From NCBI GenBank assembly GCA_050010355.1, contig JBEKLE010000007.1, forward strand, positions 3,976 through 67,975: DNA of 64,000 nucleotides, read 5' to 3'. Under the pieces are notes generated by a model. The model was given only the letters and a program-made list of their open reading frames with translations. It searched no databases and was not told where the DNA came from. The translations under genes and the position numbers were made by a program. Positions 47,861 through 58,700 of the stretch are shown here, piece by piece; position 1 is the first letter of the stretch; every line of letters starts with the position of its first letter. Source of the DNA: Rhodopila sp. Lineage in GTDB: Bacteria; Pseudomonadota; Alphaproteobacteria; Acetobacterales; Acetobacteraceae.

Positions 47861-48520
47861 TCATGGATTGCTCTTCGGTAGATTTCGCAGGACCTCGACC
47901 GTCGGTTCCACTTCCGGCCGATGCGTGTAGTCCGGATCGGCTTCAACCGCGGCGACAATCCCGTCGCGGCGAATGACAAGCCTGGCCGGTATCGAAAGCC
48001 GCCAGCTTTCGTCACCGTTGAAACGAGGCAGATCGACACCGAGCTTCTTGTAGACCTCGATCAGATCGTCGGGCAGGCGAAACGCCAGGCCGTAGGCCTC
48101 GCCCACCTGGTTGTCATGATCCGTGAGGATCAGGAAGCCCAGCTTCTGCGCTTTGGTCCCTGGCTTGGTGAATTGCTGCAATTGTGGGCAAAGCACGACC
48201 AGGCTGGCTCCGAGGGATTCGATCTGGGGCAGTACTGCTTGCAAAGCATCCAGCTCATGCCGGCAGTACGGTCACCAGAATCCTCGGAAGATGCTGACGA
48301 CGACCGGCCCGGCCGTAAGCAGCGCCGACAGCACGACCATCTGGCCGTTCTGGTCGTTCAGTGAAAAGTCCGGAGCTTGCGCGCCCGGTTTGATCACCCG
48401 TTCGAGGATGCCGGAGCCGCGCAGCCGTTCGGTCGCACTGTGCATGATCGCTTGCGCTTCAGGCGGGATGCGTTTCGCCGAAGCTTCCCGCGTTGCCGCC
48501 AGTTTCGCTTCCAGGGTCAT
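47861..48520 (-). CDS. Peroxiredoxin-like (AhpC/TSA, thioredoxin-fold) protein with an in-frame TGA; candidate selenoprotein (Sec83, UxxC)
   Basis: ORFs 48272-48520 and 47861-48244 are one reading frame: ...FRGFW-TGA-PYCRHELDALQ..., corresponding to the family WCPYC motif; APDFSL before and PARLVI..DG after. Confidence 0.8.
48232..48269 (-). promoter_or_regulatory. Candidate bacterial SECIS element
   Basis: GTACTGC (+3..+9 after UGA) pairs with GCAGTAC (+34..+40); upper stem GGCAT/ATGCT; apical loop GAGCTGG starting at +16. Confidence 0.6.
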
Positions 48521-48620
48521 GACAAGAGGGTCTCAAATCCAGTTGTTCAAGCGCTATGTGGCCATTGCGAGGCGTGCATGGCATCATGTGCGCCGCCGAG
48601 CTCCCAGGCTCGTTCGGCAT

Positions 48621-48983
48621 TCATCCTGCCGGTCCACCATCGTCCGAAACCAGACGCGCCAAACATGCGATCAGTGGATCGAGGTGCTCCTGCACCACAA
48701 ACCACACCAGATCGAGCTGGACGTCGGCATAACCATGGATCAGCCGGTGGCGCATTCCTGTGATCTGGCGCCAGGGTATGTCTGGGTACGCGGCCTGCGT
48801 GGTCGCCGACACTTTGCCCGCGGCCTCCCCAATCACTTCTAGCGATCGGATCACAGCGTTCTGGTGCAGACGGCTCGCCAGGAACTCGGCCTCGTCCATC
48901 CCGGCCACAAAGCCGCGCCCATCTCGGGCCGCCAGCAGCATGTCCAACAGAAGCGGCGTATCCCGGTCTGGCCCGTCAACCAT
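48621..48983 (-). CDS. HepT-like HEPN ribonuclease toxin (DUF86)
   Basis: LLDMLLAA, AVIRSLEVIGEAA, IPWRQITGMRHRLIHGY (Rx4H), DLVW. Confidence 0.9.
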   Translation of the reverse strand: MVDGPDRDTPLLLDMLLAARDGRGFVAGMDEAEFLASRLHQNAVIRSLEVIGEAAGKVSATTQAAYPDIPWRQITGMRHRLIHGYADVQLDLVWFVVQEHLDPLIACLARLVSDDGGPAG

Positions 48984-49290
48984 AGACCGGTTCAGCCTCG
49001 GCCAGGATGCGGCGGCGACGAATGAAATTCCGGCTTGCCTCGACCGCCCCGCGCTCCACCAGATCGACTTGCCGGCCCAGAAGTGCCTCCAGCGCATCCT
49101 TGAAATCGGCGAACCCGGCAAAATCGTTGCGCGCCTCCGGAGCGAACGTGACAAGAAAATCGGCGTCGCTCCGGTCTGGATCGAAATCGGCCGCCCTGGC
49201 GGCGGAGCCGAACACCTCCAACTGCCGCACGCCATAGCGGTCGCAAAGCAGGGCAATCTCCGCGCGGTGATGGTCGATCAGCGTGTGCAT
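48976..49290 (-). CDS. Minimal nucleotidyltransferase (MNT) antitoxin
   Basis: LEVFGSAAR..FDPDRSDADFLV (GS..DxD), LEALLGRQVDLV; overlaps the HEPN gene start. Confidence 0.9.
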   Translation of the reverse strand: MHTLIDHHRAEIALLCDRYGVRQLEVFGSAARAADFDPDRSDADFLVTFAPEARNDFAGFADFKDALEALLGRQVDLVERGAVEASRNFIRRRRILAEAEPVYG

Positions 49291-49402
49291 TACAGTCCCC
49301 AGGATGCTTACCACGATCCGCCCGTAACCGTGCAACTTAGACAGGCTCGACCGGAACCGCTATGGCAAGCTGACACGCCGTCGACCAAGGAGGAGCATCA
49401 GG

Positions 49403-50838
49403 ATGCCGGCACGCACCGGGGCGGAATTTCTGCGCGGCCTGCGCGACGACCGCGAGGTCTGGCTCGGCGGCCAGCGTATCACGGATCCGATGCAACACCC
49501 CGCCCTGCGCGGCGCCGCCCAGTCCATCGCGGCGGTCTACGACCTGCATTACCAGTACCCCGGCGACTGCCTGATGCCGGACCCCGAGACCGGCGAGCCG
49601 ATCGCCGTCAGCCACATGATCCCGCGTTCGAAGGAAGACCTCCTGCGTCGCCACAAGGCCCTGCGCCGCGTGGCGGAGTTCTCGGTCGGCCTGATGGGGC
49701 GCACCCCTGACTACATGAACGTCACCTATGCGGGTTTTGCCGGCCGCAGCGACGAATGGGCCATCAACGGCAACGACGAGGGCGCCGCCAACCTCGTCGC
49801 CTTCCAGAAGGAACTGGCGCGGAAAGACCTCAGCCTGACGCACACCCTGATCCACGCCATGTCGGACAAATCGAAGGGCCACGTGCCCTCCGGTTTCGAC
49901 GAAACCCAGTTGCACACAGTGGAAAACACCGAACACGGGATTCTGGTCCGGGGTGCCAGGGTGCTCGCGACCCTGGCGCCGTTCTCCGACGAGCTTGCGG
50001 TCTATCCCAGCCAGCCGATGCCCGATGCCAGCCGCCGCCATGCGCTGTCGTTCTGCATCCGAATGGACACGCCGGGCCTGAAGTTCATCTGCCGCGACAG
50101 TGTCTCGTTGCCCGATAACCGGTTCGACCACCCGCTCTCCGGCCGCTTCGACGAGCAGGACGCCTTCGTCATCTTCGACAACGTGGAGGTGCCGCGGCAC
50201 CGCATTTTCTGCAACGGCAACCTGCAAGTCTACAACAGCGTCATGTCCGCAAGCTGGCGCGCCAACGCGATGCACCAGACGATGATCCGAGCATGGACCA
50301 AGCTGGAATTTGCCTGGGGTCTCGCCTGCCGCATGGCCGAGGCGATCGGCGCCTCCGACCCCGTCACGCTGCAGATGCTCGGCGAGATTTGGTCTTACGC
50401 CGAACTGACCCGGTCGGCCGTCCGGGCGGCGGAGGAGGGGGCCTATCATCACGGCAACGGCGCCTGGTTCCTCGACGGCCGACCGATGGACGCGCTGCGG
50501 ACGTCGCTGCCGTACTGGTTCCCGCGGGTCAACGAGATCATCCGCCTGATCGGATCGCACAACGTGCTGGCGACGCCGGCGGCGGGCGCCTTTGACGATC
50601 CCTATCTGCGCCCGCTCATCGACAAATACCTCCGCGGTGCCGGCGATACCACGGCGCTCGAACGCGCTCGGATTTTCCGCCTCGGCTGGGATTTCGCCGG
50701 CAGCGCGCTAGCAAGCCGCAACGAACAGTACGAGCGGTTCTACCTGACCTCGGGCGCCCGCAACCGGCAGAACGTCCAGCTCAGGGCGGACCGGACCGAG
50801 GCGGATCGCCTGGTCGACCGGTTCCTGACGGAGGACGT

Positions 50839-50842
<4 letters not shown>
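49403..50842 (+). CDS. 4-hydroxyphenylacetate 3-hydroxylase family flavin-dependent monooxygenase (oxygenase component)
   Basis: TGAEFLRGLRDDREVWLGG, MGRTPDYMN, GARVLATLAP, LKFICR, PLSGRFDEQDA..IFDNVEVP, LYERFY-like tail; AGGAG RBS. Confidence 0.9.
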
Positions 50843-52044
<1,202 letters not shown>

Positions 52045-52056
52045 GGAGAAACCGCA

Positions 52057-52953
52057 TTGCGCGCCATCGATGTCCACGTCCATCCGATGAACCCGGACTA
52101 CGTGCAGGCGAGCCTGCCGTTCATGCCGGCCGCCCAGCGCATGTTCAAAGGCAAGTTCGAGGCACGCCCCGACTCCCAGATAGCCGATGAGTATCGCCGC
52201 GACGATGCGCTCGCGATCCCGATCGCCTGGGATGCCGAACACGGCGCCGCCGGCGGGGTCTACCCGAACAAAGCGCTTGCCGCGCTGACCCACGACTATC
52301 CGGATGTGTTCCTGCCGGGCTGGGCGATGGTCGATCCCTGGCGCGGCCGAAAAGGCCTTGAGGAGATCGAACACGCCATCAAGACCCTCGGCCTGCTGGG
52401 CGTGAAATACCAGCCGCCCGTGCAGGGCTTCTCGCCCAACGACAAGCAATTCTACCCGATCTGGGACCTGCTCCAGTCGCTTGAGGCGCCGGTGCTGATC
52501 CACTGCGGCACCACCGCCATCGGCGCCGGCGAGCCCGGCGGCCTCGGCTTCAAGCTCGGGCACGCCCGCCCGATCCCCAACATCGATGACGTCGCCGCAG
52601 ATTTCCCGCGCCTGAACATCGTCGCCGCGCACCCCGGCTGGCCCTGGACCGAGGAACTGATCGCCGTCGCGATCCACAAGGCCAACGTCTCGATCGACAT
52701 CTCCGGCTGGGGTCCCAAATACATCCCGGCGCCATTGAAGCACGACATGCAGCGTCGCCTCCAGGACAAAGTATTGTTCGGCTCCGACTACCCCGGTTGG
52801 AGTCCCGGCCAGTGCTGCGACGAATGGGAAATGGAGGGCCTCCGGTCAGGTGTGATCGAAAAACTGTTCTACCAGAACGCCATCCGCATTCTGAATCTGG
52901 AGAACGCGGTGGCCAACGCGGCCAAAGCAGAATCGACGCGAGCTGAACCTTAG
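52057..52953 (+). CDS. Amidohydrolase_2 family metallohydrolase/decarboxylase
   Basis: IDVHVH, LIHCG, AAHPGWPW, LFGSDYP; TAAGGAG RBS, TTG start. Confidence 0.9.
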   Translation: MRAIDVHVHPMNPDYVQASLPFMPAAQRMFKGKFEARPDSQIADEYRRDDALAIPIAWDAEHGAAGGVYPNKALAALTHDYPDVFLPGWAMVDPWRGRKGLEEIEHAIKTLGLLGVKYQPPVQGFSPNDKQFYPIWDLLQSLEAPVLIHCGTTAIGAGEPGGLGFKLGHARPIPNIDDVAADFPRLNIVAAHPGWPWTEELIAVAIHKANVSIDISGWGPKYIPAPLKHDMQRRLQDKVLFGSDYPGWSPGQCCDEWEMEGLRSGVIEKLFYQNAIRILNLENAVANAAKAESTRAEP

Positions 52954-53190
52954 CACAGGCGACGCCTGGCAATCCCGATTCGCCCGGGGGTGTGTCGGGG
53001 GTGTGACACACCCCTCCCCATCAAGGTGGCCATTCGCGAAAGGGCGCTGCACGCCGCTCCGCGTCAAACCGAGGCAGTTCGGCATCCACGCTTTACGATA
53101 ACCGTGTCGGCAAAGCCGTGGATGGAGGGCCTTCGCCCGCCAGGACGCAGGTCATGTCGCCCGGCAGGGGCAAATCGGGCGAACCCTGTT
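52951..53190. repeat. Composite palindromic intergenic element
   Basis: GGGGGTGTGTC/GACACACCCC hairpin, core CGGCATCCACGCTTT...AAAGCCGTGGATG shared with family A, GATTCGCCCG/CGGGCGAACC imperfect inverted pair. Confidence 0.55.
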
Positions 53191-53289
53191 ATAGCGGGCT
53201 GAACCCGCCGGACAGTGCGGATCGCAGCCGCCAGATTTTTGCGCAGATTAAGGATGGCTGCACGCGAATGCACGCAGATCAAGGCGGGA

Positions 53290-53779
53290 TCACAGGCCAT
53301 TCGCTACCCGCTTGATTTCTAGTCGCGACTTGCCGAAGTTAAGCAGCAGGCAAAGCGGCAAGCCGGATGCCTTGAGGTAGTTGACGCACTGGGCACGATG
53401 CCCTTCATCCCAGGCACTCGCGGTCTTCAACTCCACCAGCAGCGCTTGCTCGACAAACAGGTCGACAAAATACTGACCGACAACGACGCCATCATAGTAC
53501 CTCCCGTCATCGATTCTGCGGTGATACTGCGGCGGGTTTGCGACTCTGGCCAGGACGTTTCGTCGAGCCGAAACCCCGCAGTATCAGTGACCCGGGGTAA
53601 TAGGTGACCGTAAGGCCTCGCTGCTGCACGACATCCAGCCCCGTCTTGCGCAATTCGTGCGCCAAAGCGTTTTCATAAACCTTCTCCAGGAATCCCGCTC
53701 CAAGCGTATTGAGCACGGCAAAAGCGCAGCCGATGACGCGCCCCGACAGTTCATTCAGCCGAATTTCGTCCGCGTGCAT
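53290..53779 (-). pseudogene. GxxExxY family (PD-(D/E)XK-like nuclease) gene interrupted by a MITE
   Basis: MHADEIRLNELSGRVIGCAFAVLNTLGAGFLEKVYENAL...QQRGLTVTY | DGVVVGQYFVDLFVEQALLVELK...QCVNYLKASGLPLCLLLNFGKSRLEIKRVANGL*. Confidence 0.9.
53498..53599. mobile_element. 102-bp MITE with a 4-bp target-site duplication
   Basis: ATAG at 53494-53497 and 53600-53603; termini TACCTCCCGTCA / TGACCCGGGGTA; internal arms GATACTGCGG / CCGCAGTATC. Confidence 0.85.
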
Positions 53780-54018
53780 CTGCGTGCATCCTATTTTGTA
53801 TCTGCGTAAAACCTTCACTTCCGACACTGGCAGCAAATCATTGCCAAAGTATTGACCGCTCGGGCACGCGGATGCGCGCGAAACCAAAACGATACCGCCA
53901 CGCGCAGAGTCCGGCCGGCTGGTATTGCTCTCGCCGTCTACCTGGTGCCCTTTCCCCCGATCGCCCTGTGCCGCCCAGACGGCCGTGTTGCCAGACCGTG
54001 ACCGTTCAGGATACGTAG

Positions 54019-55530
<1,512 letters not shown>

Positions 55531-55758
55531 TGAGAAGGCGCGACAACAGGGGCATCGGCGACGAAAGCGGCAGCTTATCGGTTCGCGGCGACACGCCGTT
55601 CACGAACTCCAGAACGGACCCGATGTGGGCATCCCAGGTGGTGCCCGCCCAGCCGGGCAACCGCGCCATTTGCGCGTTCCGGCGGTCAACGCGGCGACCG
55701 GGCGCGACTGGTAGATCCGGAAATGAAAGGTTCTCCAGTACGCGCCCTGCGAACACTG

Positions 55759-58700
55759 CTACGTCGGGATGAAGACCCAGTTGGCGTGGGTGGCGCCGGC
55801 CGTCAGGAGGCGGTTTTCAGTGCTGTCGGAAAAACCGATGAGGACACTCGCCTCACTGCCGCCCTGCACCAGGAAATTTGTCCAGTCCTGCCGTCCGACC
55901 GGATCGGGTGCACGATGCAATACGTTCTGATACAGAAGGGTGACAAAATCGCTGATACTCAGTGCTCCGTAGTCCTGGAAGAATTCCGCCGAACCCACGA
56001 AACCTTGCGCGACTTGCGTTGGCGTGGCGCCGCTGGCCAGATCCGCAGCCCAGTAGGCTTGACCCGCGGGGTCTGGTTTGCGATTGAGCGCGGCCCCGTA
56101 GAGACGATAAGCCTCGGCGTTGAAATTGTCCCCTGCGCCGGACAGCGTATCGGCCTCGAACTCGGCACTTTCGGCAAAGCCGAGCAGCACGGTGCCGCGG
56201 GAACCGCCCGATGCCAGTAATCCGGTCCAGTCTTGCAACCCGGTCGCATCGGCCGGCCGGCCGAGCACGTTCTGATAGAGTTGATCGACAAAATCAGTAT
56301 CGGAGAGCGAGCCGTAGTCCTGGATGAACTCCAGCGATATGGTAAAATCCGTTGCCACGACCGACAACGGGACGTTTGAGTCATCGACCAGGCCGGTCCA
56401 GTACTGCAGGCCGGGGAGGTCCGGGGCTCGATCCAGTGCTGCCTCATAGAGGCGGGAAATATCCTCCGCTGTGCCGGTGGGGTCGAACAGGGCCATCCCG
56501 TCCGTGAACGACATAACGGTGATCCCCGGGAGTACCTGGGTTCCGTTGCGCCCTGCGACGGTGTCTTGAATGTACAGAGTTCCGTTGTCATTGGCGATGA
56601 TGTACTGGGCTGACGAACCGCTCAGGATGACCTCACCGGCAGTGGCTGTTACGGCAGTGGTTGTGACCGTGGTGGCGGTGTCAACGGCGCTGGCGCCGGC
56701 GGTGTCTGTTACACTGAGGTTGAATCCGGTGGTGACCGTCTGGCCTCCCGCGACCTCCGCGCGGGTCGGCACGAACACCAAGGCTTGCAAAGTAGCCGTG
56801 ACCGCGGCGGCCGAACCGGTGACGGCATAGACGCCGGTCGATGCATTGTACGTGCCGCCATCGACGTCGGTCAGCGCGCCATTGGCCGCTGCCGACAGAG
56901 TGACCGTCACGGTCTCGGCCTGGCCGGCGTTGGCGTCGGCGATCACGACACCCACGAACGGCGCAATCGAAGCCTCATCCGTGGTCGTCCAACCCCCAGC
57001 GGTGCCGCTGATTGTCGGCAAGACTGCCGTGGCGGTCGCGATGACGGTGGTCATGCTGTCGGTCGCGGTTTGCTGTGCGGAGTCGGTGTCGGAGATGGTG
57101 AAAGTTGTGGTGACGGTGTTGCCTGGCGCGACCTGATGGGCGGTCGGCGTAAAGACCAGCCCCTCCAGGGCCGTCGTAACCGCTGCAGGGGTCCCGACAT
57201 CGGTATAGACGCCACTGTTGTAGCTGCCGCCACCCAGGTTGGTGAGTGTGCCGCCGCCGGCAGAGGACAGGGTGATGGTAACGGTCTCGGTCTGACCGGG
57301 ATTGCCGTCTCCGATCACTACGTTGGCGAATGGCAGGACTGTCCCTTGATCCGAGACAGGCTGGCCGCTGACGGTGCCGCCGATCGTCGGCGCGACGGCC
57401 GTGACAGTGCCAGTGACGGTTGTGGTGCTGTCAGTGTCGGCTTGCTGCCCAGCGGTGTCGATGTCGGTGATGGTGAAACGTGTGAGGACCTGCGTCCCCT
57501 GAGATTGGGCGAATATCAGGCCATCGAGTGCGTTTGTGACCGCGATGGCGGAGCCGATGATCGCATAAACCCCGTTGGCAGCATTGTAGGTGCCGCCGTC
57601 CAGATTGATCAGGGTGCCGTTGGCCGGCACGGACAGAGTAACGGTCACCGTCTCGGTCTGGCCGAAGTTGACATCGCCGATCAGCACATTGGCGAACGGG
57701 GCGATTGTTCCCTGGCTGCCGATCGTTTGGCCGCCCACTGTGCCGCCGATCGTCGGCAGAGACGTGCTCGCCTGGGTGACGACGGTTCGGCTGGTGTCGG
57801 TTGCGGTTTGCAGCGCGGTGTCGATGTCGTGGATGGTGAAGTTTGTCGCGATTGTCCCGCCGGGCGCGACCAGATGCGGCGTGGGATTGAACACCAGAGC
57901 GTCGACGGCAGCGGTGACCTGAGAGGTGGTGCCGACGGCGCGATAGACGCCATTGACCGCTTTGTAAGTGCCCCCGCCCAGATTGGTCAGCGAGCCGTTT
58001 GTCGATAACGACAAGGTCACCGTCACGGTCTCGGTCTGGCCAAAATTCGCATCGGCGATCACGACGTCGAAGAAAGGCGCGATTGTCCCGAGATCCGAGA
58101 TCGTCGGCGTGACTCCGCCGGCGGCGCTGATCGTCGGCAGAACGGTCGCGGCCGTGGTGATCACGCTCGTCGTGCTGTTGCTCGCGGACTGTAGCGCGGT
58201 GTCGGTGTCGGTGACGGTGAAACCCGTCGTTATCGTCTGCCCGGGTGCGACCTGATGAAGGGTGGGTGTGAACACCAACGCATTCAGCACGGCCGTGACA
58301 GCGGAGGCTGCGCCGGTGATCGTAAAGACGCCCGTTGTCGTGTTGTAAGTGCCCGCACCGCTCAGCGTCCCGTTTGCCACAGTGCCTGGACTCGGGGTCA
58401 CGGTGACGGTCTCGGTCTGGCCAACGTTGGCATCGGCGATCACCATCGCCGCGAACGGCTTGATGGTTGCTTGATCCGAGATCGCCTGTCCGGGTGACGC
58501 CCCGCTGATCGTGGGTGGGACGGCCGTTTCCGTGGTGACGACGGTCGTTGTGCGGTTTACCGCGAATTGCGACGCGGTGTCGGTGTCGTCAATCGCGAAG
58601 GTTGTGGTGACCACCTGGCCGGGGGCCGCCTCGTGGGGGGTCGGGGTGAACACCAAGCCCTGCAGGACGGACGTGACCGCGGAGGCGGAGCCGCTGACAT

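Larger units (their letters stand above)
53236..53812. repeat. Imperfect ~45-bp inverted repeats flanking the GxxExxY gene
   Basis: ATGCACGCAGAT (53268-53279) and its exact reverse complement ATCTGCGTGCAT (53778-53789); match extends to TTTT.CGCAGAT..AGGAT..GCACGC. Confidence 0.75.

Noticed and set aside
53236-53812. GxxExxY locus as part of a diversity-generating retroelement or retron
   Set aside because: No reverse transcriptase and no template/variable repeat pair with adenine-specific differences in the window
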